A stretch of 64,000 bases of DNA from the NCBI RefSeq assembly GCF_964355755.1, contig NC_092671.1:34482304-34546303 (forward strand), given 5' to 3'. The translations under genes and the position numbers were made by a program. The notes beneath the pieces were generated by a model, which saw only the letters and a program-made list of their open reading frames with translations, was not told the origin of the DNA and did no database searches. Every line of letters starts with the position of its first letter. Within the stretch, counting starts at the first letter, position 1. This stretch comes from Antedon mediterranea. Its lineage: Eukaryota > Animalia > Echinodermata. Of the stretch, positions 1 through 12,385 are shown one piece after another.

Positions 1-309
1 ATTTCATTTTTAAATTTACTACATTAAACTACAGGAAAAATGGTTGCGCCCTCTTTTTATTATTAGCTCCAACCAAAGATCTTATATCTTTGCTCCAACA
101 GGAGGAGTGATTGTAACCACTAGATGGAGTGAATTAGTTAATATTAGCGATACAATTATTACAAGCCTATTAAATTTGGAAACACTAATTTAAAATAAAA
201 CGTCACTTCATGAAAATTATTTTAAAAAATAATTAAAAATGCCTAAACCAATTTTTTAAATGGTAGACCCGCCTACATCAATCATTGAAATGTGAACAAT
301 TAAAATTAA

Positions 310-467
310 TAAAACCAGACTTTGAATAGGTATTTTGAAGTTTTAATAATGAAGTTCAAAATAGGAATATCCCCAAAAAGTTAGACTATTATGTGAGATT
401 AAAATGGCATATATTCAACAAAAGCATTTGTTTTTATTATTTTGTCAGGGGAAAAATACATCTTTAA
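310..467 (-). mobile_element. Partial TTAA-flanked MITE (family A, Kolobok-like)
   Basis: Ends GGGGAAAAATACATCT+TTAA. Shares internal blocks (gactttgaatagg; actattatgtga-attaaaatggcatat) with the copy at 17678-17979. Confidence 0.6.
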
Positions 468-1807
468 ATTATACGTAGGCATATTTAATTATAATTTTTA
501 ACTGTTTTGCATTTATTTCACGTAGACCTATATTACAAAAAAAAAAGACACATCGACTATATACATAATTATTTGAGTATTGATTGACCTCCCAAAAGTG
601 TCAAAGCAGGTATAGTTTCGAATGCTTGAGGGGGAACTAGGCCTATTTCATTTGTTATGTTTTTTATTATTTAGTTTTCGGTACCGGAACGCCTTATGTG
701 GCGGTTTCGGTCTCAAAATATGTTCTCATATCTCTCACTTCTGTTTTGCATAATTTGGGTATTTAATTTATAAAACAAACACTTCTGTAGGCCTAATCTA
801 ATTTAGTTTGAATAGTGAAACATTTTTCATTTCTTTTCATGTTATATGTTTGTTCTTTTTTTATCCTTTGTGGTTCAACACCACCTGTATTTCATTCAAT
901 GCTTCATTACAAATTTCTAAACATTTTCTATCTTTTTTCATTATTTTCTGTTTTTCTTTAGTATCATACCATTAATACAAAGTACTTCTTAATATTCTTT
1001 TGTTTGTTAAATCCTCTATTATTTACAATAACCAATTGTACATTTGACTAAATGGTACTTAACTCCATACATCAAATGCATTGTATGGTGTATGTACTAC
1101 GATTAACCTCACACCCACACAGTCTACACACATGTAAACATACACATTCATTTATATAATATAATTTGTCCAAATTTAACAAATATGAATTGTATTTATT
1201 ATTCATAATATTATAAACACTTTTAAGTGAAATGTAATTTATTACAAAATATTGAATTCTTGTCTCCATTTTAGTTCATAGACTACAACTGTTTGTCCTT
1301 TCTAAATTCAATTCAAATTGATACCACCATATCTTACTTTGTTTCATTTTAAAATGTTCGACGATTAAAAGAGAATATTAATGGCACTGCGGCATCAAGT
1401 GGGTCATTCGGTCTCTTTTTCAAATTAATTAATTTTTCCTTTTTCAATTAATTATGGTCAATTAATTCAATTAATTCAATTAATATGGAACTTAATTCGT
1501 CCGTGAACCGATCATTTAGCGTAATGAGCTGATGCGCCGAACATTTTGAAGTAGGCCCAGACTAACTGTACAACCTTCAAGATTGTGCTGTTTATATATC
1601 GAAAGCCTTAGGCCTATATTAATATAAAATAAATAATTTGAAATGTTCTTATATTGCCAACTCAAATTATTAACAACAGGGAGGTAATATTAATTATGCG
1701 ACAACCCTGGTTTATTTGTTGGTGTATTGTATGTGTGTGTAGGTATACGTGTGGGTGTTTAGTTTGAGTAAAATTTGAAAAACGTGTAGACTTTACGATT
1801 ATTGAAG

Positions 1808-2132
1808 AATATGTATTGTCCCCTGAACATTTTTTTTATATATTTTGAATATGTCATTTTAATGTCACAATAGTTATTCACTTTGACCTAAAATTAAATC
1901 GGGAAAAATTATTTACCTGAAAAAACTGTAATTTAAAGCAAAAAAATTAAATTGGCTGCTAGCGAATGGGTTTTTGGTTGAATTCAATTGTCTATTTTGT
2001 AATTTTATAAGTGAAAACATAATTTTTTCGGTTTTTTTTTATGGAAGTGATTACCTTAACAAAATGGCTTTTTTAAAGTTTATTATTTTTATTCAGTCAT
2101 TTTTTATGTTTTGGGGGACAATACATATTTAA
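1808..2132 (+). mobile_element. MITE family A (Kolobok-like non-autonomous DNA transposon)
   Basis: Terminal inverted repeats ATGTATTGTCCCC ... GGGGACAATACAT. Internal sequence collinear with the copy at 11495-11829. Confidence 0.75.
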
Positions 2133-3929
2133 ACATTGGCTTTTTTAAATTTTCCTTTTTTTTCATCATCATCATTATTCAAGTCCTTCAAATTCTTGGT
2201 GTTTTTTTAAATGAAATTAACATGTTTGTATTTGCTGATGTAACTTAAGACAACTAACTATTATTCACTATGACTTGTAAAGGGTAAGGATCTCTTACAC
2301 CGTTAACAAATGACATTCAAAATTTGATTTTTTTTTCCCAATACGCCACATCAATGTTCAGTTTTAAACCTGCGGAACCTGCTTGAAATGTACCTTAAAC
2401 AATTGCAATTATGATAATGAAATTAATATATACTCAAGTTTATTCAAACATGACGACGATACACCTTTATTATTTCCAAGTAATCATGCGAGACCTTAAC
2501 CATACTATTTACGTTACTTTTTGGTATAAGGTATTTCATTACTTTTATTTCTGCCGCCAATTGCACCATTATGAGGGAATAATATAGTCACTATTATGTT
2601 TTTGGTTTTTTTTTTAATGGAAAGAAGAAGGAAATGAGAGGAATTCCACCAGGATTTTTAAATATGATTGGATAGGGGCGAGGGCTAAAGAAATTGAAAT
2701 TCTTTTATAGACTATAGATAGGCATCTTAAATCTTCTTTTTCGTTTCATATAGACGTACCGGTATGCTACTGATGTTGTTTTTGTTTATGAGACAAATAT
2801 GTTTGCTTCTAATTTGATTCCTGAAAAAGTGTATTATTTGCCTTATTTACTATTGTAACATATTTTGGTTTTGATGACTTTCTTTTTGAATAAATTTAAA
2901 ATAAATATATTTATAAATATTATATAAAACAATTGTAATTGTTTATGTCGTATATATTTATTTGATTACTGTTACTATTTGTGTTACTTTTTATTGTGGC
3001 TAATTATTACCATTATTAAAAGTGTTATTGAACTTAAACATGTTCATTACTCGTTGTTATTATTGTTCGTACTGGATAATGCTCGGTTGCAACACAATCG
3101 ATGATGACTCGAACTGGCGCTTTTTCATTGGTCATCTCGCTCGCTTTGGTCTTACCACTCTTCCCTGTTCTTGCGTTTCGTCCTACCAATCTTTAGAAAA
3201 AAACAAGGAAATTGCTAACAAATGTGTTTTTCCTTTTCTTCATTATGATTTTAATTTTTTTTTAAATACACGTCATAACGTTAAAATTGTAGAGAACATG
3301 GTACCATTAAATATTATAAACTATTATATCGTTTAAAAAAATAGTACATGCGAATTAACGTAGTAGGATACGTTGATAGGATAAAAAAAATATACGCAAT
3401 TACCGAGTCAGTGGTGCTCGTCTGATCCCACGAGAGCCGTTCACACAGCAATAGAAACATACAAAAAGTAGGTAGCGCACCATATCGCAGTGCATATCAA
3501 AGGAAAATTGATTATGCCGACAGAAACTATTATTCACGCATTAAAGATAATTCCATTGAATTTTTGTTTTTCTAAAATCCATTTCGTCAACAAATTTCTA
3601 GATATTTGGTCGGATAACAACCATGATATTTGGTGTTCTAGCCATACAGGCGTGTTAATATTTTGCGATAGTGTTTTGCGACAAGAATTCCTAATAACCA
3701 AAAACAAACATAAAATTACATTAGCAGAAGTTTTATTATCTTTGGGACTATATAATGACATAAAGAGCTTAATCTTATCTCATATGACATCATACCCATG
3801 CAAAGCTTATGTTCAATTAGGTGCCGTGTTTTTTTTTTCTTTCTTTCCCGTGCAGTCAAATCTACACAGTGTCAAATATATTGAACTTGGTGTTTGATCA
3901 ACCAAGGTGTTCAGCTACCTTCAGGTATT

Positions 3930-4300
3930 TTACTTTTTAGCGCCGCCGACAATCAGGAGCGCGGCCGCCTTTAATCAGTTAGAATTTCAGGTTCCATTAA
4001 TCACTAAAGTGAAAAGGCAGCCTACAATTAGTTGGTCAACTTGCCCGCCTTTGTCCCGCCCAATCCAGCCCTGTACGTAATGAAGGACACTTTTCCTGTC
4101 AACAAATTCTTGTCGGCTGCTTTGAACCTGCTGTCAGGGTTAATAGATCGGCAAGCCTTACGTATCCACCATGACGCCATTCTATTGGTTCGCGGTAAAC
4201 ATCAAAGGCATTCATAGTTAAGTTGATTGGCTATCGGCATATGAAAGAGGAAAATGGTCTCTGAAGTGAACCGCCTATTCACGCTTTGTGTACAAATGCA
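3930..4300 (+). promoter_or_regulatory. Putative Sp5 promoter with TCF/LEF, GC-box and CCAAT motifs
   Basis: CpG-richer patch: CCCGCC 4044 and 4055, CTTTGT 4049, CCAAT 4060, CTTTGAA 4120, ATTGG 4184 and 4226, ATCAAAG 4201 (also 3496). Lies just upstream of an ATG micro-exon with a GTAAGT donor. Confidence 0.6.
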
Positions 4301-4444
4301 AACTAATTGAGTAGTTGTGATCCAGCCTCTTTAGACATGATATCATAAGAAACAGTCCCCGGCAGCGTTCATCTTCCACAAACGTGTTCATATTACTGAA
4401 ATTTATGCTAAATTAAGTGTTATATTATTGAAGATTTGGCTGTC

Positions 4445-4474
4445 ATGACGGCTACTAGTCGAACCAACACATTG
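4445..4474 (+). CDS. Sp5: Sp5/btd-like gene, putative first coding exon (MTATSRTNTL)
   Basis: ATG in context GTCATGA, 10 codons, then TTG|GTAAGT (phase 0), matching the phase-0 acceptor at 15467. Vertebrate Sp5 also has a short first coding exon. The join is inferred. Confidence 0.55.
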
Positions 4475-7400
4475 GTAAGTACCTCGTTGTCAAAATGGAC
4501 CATATTTCCGGGAAACTATACCTTCATTTTGTATATTATTATACCAATTATAAGTTTATGATTATACCATGTATTCAATGTTATTAACCATTATCGCTAG
4601 GTTTGTAACATGCATGTGGGTAGCCTGTAAAAACGATTCAGTGTAAAGAATTTTACTTAACGGAGGAGGCTAATTAATAATAAATAAAAATGTAATACTG
4701 TACATAGTAATGTTTAAAAATAATTGTATGGCTACTCATACCATACGGGCCATGGCCATATTTGCCACTTGTTGTAGGCCCATGGTACTAAAATATAAGT
4801 AATCACCACCCTTGCTATACTACTCTGTGATCATTAATTAGGCACGTATTATATAATAAATAATAGACTCATGGTTATTCACAACCACCCGTGGTACTCT
4901 TTTACGACGTGTAGGCCTACTTGGATAGCCCCTATCGATATGCTACTTTAAATTGTTGACCGTTGGTCGATATCTCTATTTAAACATGGTTTTTAGGATT
5001 GTCAGTGACACCCCAAAAACTTCATCAAATGTATCGCACGTGCGTTTATATACTGATAATAAAGATACATGTTTAGTACGCGCGCGTCAACCATGTCTCT
5101 TTTATACGCGCACTGTAACTGCCTCTTCTTGTTACTGTTATCAAGTGTTCCAGTTTTTAAAATCGTGATATTTTTGCTATGTTGTTTTCACAAGATGCTT
5201 TTAATGACACGCTTTTCAAGTTGTTTTCAAACCATATTTAGCCAAATAGGTGTTATAAAAACATCTTTACGAAATAGTTACGTCAAACACGTATCAAATT
5301 TTTGTTGACACTAATCAGATAAGAGATTACAGGCTGTCTATGTTTTTTTGACGAATTCACCAACTAGATTGAATTATATTACATAGCTATTTTAGACTAC
5401 ATCCTACATGGGTATTTACGTACTATTACCAAAATATGATTTTAAGTAGGCCTAATTTATGCATAATAAAAGGAATTTGGCACACGATGAAAACAGATAA
5501 ATTATCAATATCACTTTTTAAAAAAAAACAGTGATAATGATAATTTTACATTTTGAAGTGAAACCGGTGAAAAAATAGTTCAGTGCCTGAAGGAAATATA
5601 TTTTAAACATGAATAGGCCTACTGCAGGGCGTATATATTTTATATGGAGAAGAGGTTGGGGTAGAACAATGAGGACACATTATTATTACATTTTTTTAAA
5701 TATAAGAAAAAGCGGGCTGACGTAAGTCTAGGCTTATATAATACAGTTTTTTTTAAGTTTTGTCCTGAAAAAAATGACACATGTGCGTTTTTTGCGTTAG
5801 AAATAATACGCGCTTCGCTTGTCAAAAAATATAATGCTTATGTTATAATAAAGAATCTAGGGATTATGTCAAACGTTATGTACAGTAGGCATATGTCTTT
5901 TACGGAGGAATCGGTTTCTGCATCTTCATACATTGTATTGTACATCTATACATTTAATAACGTCGGAACGAAACCCTTTATCCGATTGATAAACAGCGTC
6001 AATTGTGTTAACACACAAGATACATATTTATCAACATCTGAGATCAAAAGTCGTTTGTCGCTTTCAATAAAAATCAATCACTGTATACATTTATTTCCTT
6101 TAACTATTTAAACTATAATTAATCAAATAACTTTCTTCCTAATTAGATAAAGACAGAACAATATCTACAATTTTGTATTAATTAATTATTTCACTAGCAA
6201 AAACAGTTTTTGGTGCCAATCAGGCCTCAATCATGGAGGTATAAAATTAGATTAATAATTTTATACCTTCATGCATCAATCATACCTTTATATCAGGCCA
6301 ATAACTACCGTACTGTAGCAAAAATAAAAAATATATATTTTCTGATGAGTATAGTGTAATTGCATTTTGAAATGATTTTAAGTTATTTCTACTTTAACAT
6401 CATTTCATGATGTTCTGTCATCAGTCGCCAATCTGACACAACGAACTGAGACGCGCGTACAAATGTTGATGTGAGAATACATATGTACGCGCGCGTCCAC
6501 GTTTTGCCTCTAACGTCACTAACGGTTGTTAACCAGTCACCACATCGTCTGTTTCAAGTGTCATTATACTCACTTGGCCTAAATAATTACGAATAAGCTG
6601 AGGAAATTGAAATCCAACTTGTTTTTATAATCCAGCACAAAGTCATTTGGGAAGACAGGCACAATAGAGTGATACCACGGAGGACCCGTTCGCGCCGGAA
6701 CGGGAGCCATAACTCCAGGGTCGGTAGGCGAGGGGTGTTGGTTCGGAAATGGGACAAGACGTCAGTTGTCAATTACACTTGATGGTTAATTAAAATTGAC
6801 AGCCAGGCTGTCAGCTGCACGTAAGGAGGTCTCTGTCGTAGCATCAAGCCCCGGATATTACGCCTTAATTATTTACAAACTCAGCCTACAAGTGTTAACA
6901 AGCAATACAATCTAGACTAGAGATCATATTTTGATTGACTACGGGTTTTTTTTTCATTACAGTTTTTATAATGAAAGTAATATTGTATTTATAAATTATA
7001 AATGTTTTATTATTTATTTTATTAATTATTTTATTAATATAAAAACCAGATGGTTGAAATTAAGACAATAAAAGAAATTTTCAATTAAGCATTTATTTAA
7101 AGATAATACTTATTGTCCCCCTGGAAAAAATGTTATATAATAATTATCATAATATTAATGATACCATATAGGGCCTAAGAAGAAAATTAAAGTAAAAATG
7201 AATCGGGAAACTAAGTAGGCTCTAGGTCTAATTTCATTGAATCTCGTTTAGGAACTTTCTGGCAGAGGTAACTAAACCTTGCTTGTCGTTCATCCAATCA
7301 AGTAGGCCTAATCCGGGTTATAATGACAAATAAATCCTGTAAAATAACAATTACCCTTTAAATATACAAAAGTACAGGGTTTCCGGCAGTCAGTATCACA

Positions 7401-7543
7401 TTTTATGAAATAAATCCCGTTCTTACATAGGTCGTTTGCCTAAGGCTAACACATCATTCAATTTCTTAATTAATTCGATTCGCACATTTATTGTACGCGC
7501 GCATCGAATTTGTGTCGTTTTTTTATGGAATAATTATATTATT

Positions 7544-7820
7544 TGTACGCGCGCGTCTATGTCGTGTTGCTTCTTTGATAGGCGCATTCAAACATTAATG
7601 AAATGGTTACGACATTTGTACCCGCGCGTCTGTGTCGTGTTGCTTCTGTGATAGGCGCATTCAAACATTGATGAAATGGTTACGACATGTGTACGCACAC
7701 GTCGGTGTCGTGTTGTTTCTTTGATAGGCGCGTTCAAACATTGATAAAATGGTTACAACATTCATACGCGCGCGTCGGTGTCGTGTTGCTTCTTCGACAC
7801 GTGCGTTCAAACATTTTAAA
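7544..7820. repeat. Tandem repeat, ~73-bp unit x ~4
   Basis: Unit GTACGCGCGCGTC..TGTCGTGTTGCTTCTTTGATAGGCGCATTCAAACATT.ATGAAATGGTTACGACATT repeated head-to-tail. Confidence 0.9.
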
Positions 7821-8639
7821 ACGGTGGCCTACGTCACTAGTTTTGTTACTTTTCTTGGTATGAAAACTGTTGACGTGTTACATTGTTTGACTTCTTAATG
7901 CACTTGCCCGTTTTCACAGACAGTTCGACGTGCCTGGATTTATGAGTATTTCAAAGCATATGTTGCTTTAATGCTCATCGGTCAAAATGTAACTAGCATG
8001 TTTAACAACGTCAGTGATTATGTAACTTGTACAGTAGTGTAATGGACTGACAGTAGAATCGAAGCGTGTCGATACGTGAACTTGGCTTATCAAATATATA
8101 TAAATAAATAAATAAATTGTTGCGTAATTCTAGAGACGCATTTTTATAAGGAAACAGCTTTATTACATCTGTAAAAGAACTGTATTTTTTTCAAACAGTT
8201 ATACATGTTCAGTAATTATTATTATCACAAATAGGCCTATAGAACAAAACCAATCCAAAATATAAAAGACACAAAAGGAAAAACAGTACGGTATGAACTT
8301 GTTTTCAAAAACAAAATTATTAACGTTGTAATTGTTTTTGTTTGTTTTGTCTCATGTAAACAATAAAGGTTTTTTTTTTTTTTATTTGCGGTTTATCATT
8401 TTTTTTTTGGTCGATTGCTTGTTACAATTCTGTTCTATTTTTTAAAATAAATTTCAAATTCTAATATAATACTATATGACAGTTGACAATTGAATTGCAT
8501 TGGCAAAAAAAAGAGAAAATAATAGAGGTCAATAATTCCGGTAGAATCCGTCCTTTAAAAAATGCAATACTACTCGATGTAGGAAATCATTCCACAACTC
8601 AATACATGTCTCCAACTCAACATTTCAAAGTTAGTTGTT

Positions 8640-8818
8640 TATCCCTCTTTGTAACCATGTACGTTTTTTCTAATTTTAGTCTTAATATATTAATAATATA
8701 TTTATTACTGTTAAGAGTGTTATGTTTTTCTGTATTGTGAGTGTAATATAAGCATCAAGGAAAACAAAATTCATGTTCGCCTTGTTGTCATGACAATAAA
8801 GTTTTATCTTATCTTATC
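8640..8818 (+). mobile_element. Possible 3' end of an L2/Rex-type LINE or SINE
   Basis: Ends GACAATAAAGTTTT followed by an (ATCTT)n tail, a typical retroposon 3' terminus. No coding remnant seen. Confidence 0.35.
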
Positions 8819-10867
8819 AAACGAATTATGAATGATAATAAAGCCAGATATAATATATGTATAATAGTTTCACATCACCTTCCTTGTCATATTTTGAAGC
8901 AAACTGACCTTGTTTTAAAAACTTATTCAGAAACAAAATTTAAAAGAATCGTTAAATCTTACATCGAAATGTCATGATTTCTAGGAGTTTAGGCCTAAAC
9001 TGCGGTCAGACTTTTATAATATCATTCTTATGTGTTTTGTAACCAACGTAAACATTTCAATAGTACCGTAAAGCCTATCTTTTAAAAATCACCCGGACGT
9101 AAAACTTGCTTTACAATAACTGAATTATTATTTTAAGCCCATGCCTATATACCAGTTTCAGAAAAGACGAAACCGGTTATCTATTATAGCCTAATATGGG
9201 CTTAGAAGCGTATTGCGTATCACCATCATAATCGATAGGTAATTTCTGGATTATAACATATTCACTTTATCGGCACCGTTTGGTCAACACGTTTCACCCC
9301 ACGCTAACTGGTAGACCACCGTGCCGCAATAATCAATACTCGCGCTAATCAATTAATGTAGGCTCTAAAGTGTAAGTTCAAAAGTATAAATACGATAATC
9401 AAAAACTTTAGTAGGCCTACTCAAGGATTGTTGATACTTTAAGCTGTGTGTGTTACTATTTGTTTTCTACTTCTTATTACATTGATTATGGGAGTTGACC
9501 TAAATATACGGTAGGCCCGCTATAGGCCTACTCACTTGGTTTACAAACATCCACACTTGAACCACCATATTATTACTCTGCACCCGTATACATATTAGGG
9601 TATCTCTCTGCCATGACATTAGAACGTATTTCCACCTCTTGGTCACTCCGTAAACTTACTGGTATCTAAATTATATACCGGTACAAGAGATCTAACTGAG
9701 ACTGTAGCCATGTATCATAAAATATATAAATTTTGTGAACGTATACAGCGTTAATAATGTTTTTAAAGAGACCGGGTCATCGAAATAATGGACATATCGA
9801 TCGTAAAACGATTTCTTTTGACAGTTCGGAACTCTCAGTTTTTACATACAAAACCGCTATTGATCATGATACCATACACAATTACCACACACAAATGTGT
9901 ATAATAATGCCGATTATAACCATTAGTGATGTTATCAACGATTAAAACCGAAGTGAGAAGTCGGACGGAACGTAACATTTTTGTAGGAATGTATACACTT
10001 TTAACGAACGCACACGAACACTGCAATATAAGAACACATTTAGACGACAAACAAATAAGAAGACATTATGTACGATAATTTAGAATCAAGTTTCAATTTA
10101 GAGAATATATATAGATAATAACAATTATGATAACTAAATCGTCCTTCGTTGTTACACTTTGGGATAGAATGAGGAATTGGAAGTATTTTTTATTTTTTTT
10201 AAACCTTATTTTTGGGGTAAAACATTATTTTTGACCAAAAAATTATGTTTTACCCCCAAAAATAAGTACAGTAGTTAACCGGAGAAATTTAATGTTACTA
10301 GTAGAGACAGTAGAGATTCAATCACTTTTATGTTGGTTCGGTGGGGTTTGCTATGTTTTTTGGAGGTTTGCGGGGTTTAGCAATACCCCACCCGTCAACA
10401 ATCTGATTTATTTTAGGCCGGACCTCTAGGCCTACATTAATTGTCTTCGATTCTCTGCGAATTTATTGTCAGAGAAGCAATTTGCAATACCTACTAATCG
10501 TAAGTAAAAACGGCTCTACGGGAATAAAATCACATTAAAACCAACGATAGTTCACGTACAACTTGCTATGCAAAGTGCCCTCCGAATCAGCGTCTCTCCC
10601 TCTCCCTGCTATAGAGTAATATGCCATAATAATTTTTCCAGGATTAGTTCTTTGCATTAAACAAAACTAAGTTATTAAATATTTATGTTTTAAACACTAA
10701 GTAAAAACTCGCGTCTATAAGCTTTGTTAGAATAATAAATATTTGAAAGAAATTTATTTTATAATTGCTAAGGAGAGTCCTAACTATTATGTAAATCAAC
10801 TAAAATTATACGAATAATCGTGCTTCATATGTACAGTTCTAACGATTATGCTAACTGTAATTTTGTT

Positions 10868-11370
10868 GCAAAAACTACACATTGGTGAATCGACCTTTGA
10901 CATCTTTTTGCAAGGAAAAGCAGGAAACACTGCTACATATGTTCTTTGAATGTGATCTGGTAAAGAAAATTTGGGAAAATGTAAAACAATATATGTATCG
11001 AAATATCAACAATAACTTAATTATCACCAAAGAAAGTATATGTTTTGGTTTTGGAAAAACACACAGTGATGCAAACATTTTAATTTTAATTACAAAGTGG
11101 TACATATTTAGTTGCAAAATCAAAAAACAATTACTTAATTATAATCATTTATTTCACATTTACCAAAAATACAAGGCAACCATATTATTAACAAAATGAT
11201 TATTATAAAGTGTATTTTTGCGATACATTATTTTTTTTCTTTAATTTCATTACTCTCTTATTTTTGAATGAGTATTATATCGTTTTAATAGTTACGTTGC
11301 CTTTGTATATTAATTTTGTATTATGTATGTGTTGAAATGAAATAAAAAAAAAACAAAAACAAAAAAAAAA
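10868..11370 (+). mobile_element. 5'-truncated L1/Tx1-type LINE with poly(A) tail and target-site duplication
   Basis: ORF 10882-11199 has the C-terminal Cys/His motif (FCKEKQETLLHMFFECDLVKKIW) of L1/Tx1 ORF2. AATAAA and A-rich tail at 11341-11370. AACTGTAATTTTGTT occurs at 10853-10867 and 11369-11383. Confidence 0.85.
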
Positions 11371-11494
11371 CTGTAATTTTGTTTTAAATGTTCAATCAGT
11401 AATACTATTTTAACTTTGGCCTATTGAGTTTTATTTTTCAATTTGATGTAGGCCTATACTGTATTGTCTTTTAATTTTTGTTTTATCGTTTTAA

Positions 11495-11829
11495 AGATGT
11501 ATTGTCCCTCTGAAAATAAATTCTTAAAAAGTTTTTTGTTGAATATTCTATTTTAATATAACGCAATAGTTATCCACTTTGACCAAAAATTGGATCTAAA
11601 AAATATGTATTTACCTGAACAAAAAATGTAGTTTAAAGCAAAAAATGGTCAAATTAGCTGCCAGACAATGGAATTTTGGTTGAATTTAACCATTTATTTT
11701 GTCATTTTAGAAGTGAAAACATTTTTTTTTCTACGGAAGTGATTAACTTTATTAAAACTACAAAATAAGATATTCAAAGTCTGAATAAATTAATCTTCAT
11801 TTTTCATGTTTTTGGGGGACAATACATCT
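11495..11829 (+). mobile_element. MITE family A (Kolobok-like), complete copy
   Basis: TTAA|AGATGTATTGTCCC ... GGGACAATACATCT|TTAA. A TTAA target duplication with 5'-AG termini is typical of Kolobok elements. Confidence 0.8.
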
Positions 11830-12009
11830 TTAACCATGTCAAGTATTTTAACTTTAAATGAACCAATACAATTGCCTGAATCTTGAACGTATCCAAACAT
11901 ATTTAAAAAGAAGATTTAAGAAAAGTTGTGTCAGCAGAACAATTTCAATTAAAATATAATAGATATTATATAATTTAATATATATAAATTATTATAGAAA
12001 TCCAAAGGC

Positions 12010-12156
12010 AAATTACTGAAAAATGGCAATGCTGTGGGTATCAGTGGTTGAATCTCAATAGAGATACAAAACAAGCGAAAAGCTAAATCAAAACGATAAA
12101 GTAAAACAGCCAGAAAAGTTAGCAGAGCTTTCAGGCAACACTAGCCCTTCATCATT
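12010..12156 (-). mobile_element. Penelope-like terminal-repeat fragment with degenerate minimal hammerhead ribozyme
   Basis: Second copy at 43240-43365. Minus strand reads (a)TGATGA-A-GGGC-TAGTGTT-GCCT-GAAA-GCTC. Confidence 0.55.
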
Positions 12157-12219
12157 GGAAGTGAAAATTATTAAATTATTATAAAAATATAGTTAAGTAT
12201 CCAACCATATAATAATATA

Positions 12220-12385
12220 CTTTCCTCTTATTAATTATCCATAGTTGGATTAAAATAATAGAAATTTGTTTGCCAAATACATTAGACATTGAATTGCTGT
12301 TATTTTCCTCATATTAATCTATAGTTAGATTAAAATAATAGGCCTTGTTCGCCAAATACATTGGACATTGAATTGCGTTATTATA
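12220..12385. repeat. Local tandem duplication, ~85 bp x 2
   Basis: ttcctc.tattaat..atagtt.gattaaaataatag...gccaaatacatt.gacattgaattgc occurs twice in succession. Confidence 0.8.

Noticed and set aside
750-1340. Possible decayed LINE on the minus strand (CRLCG motif in ORF 1072-1269)
   Set aside because: Too degraded to support without a database search.
3022-3897. 100-135 aa ORFs (also 20432-20815, 29438-29752, 57334-57651)
   Set aside because: Non-ATG starts, composition typical of AT-rich non-coding DNA, no domains.
6342-6375. CTGATGAG...GAAA as a hammerhead core
   Set aside because: No convincing stem II or stem III pairing.
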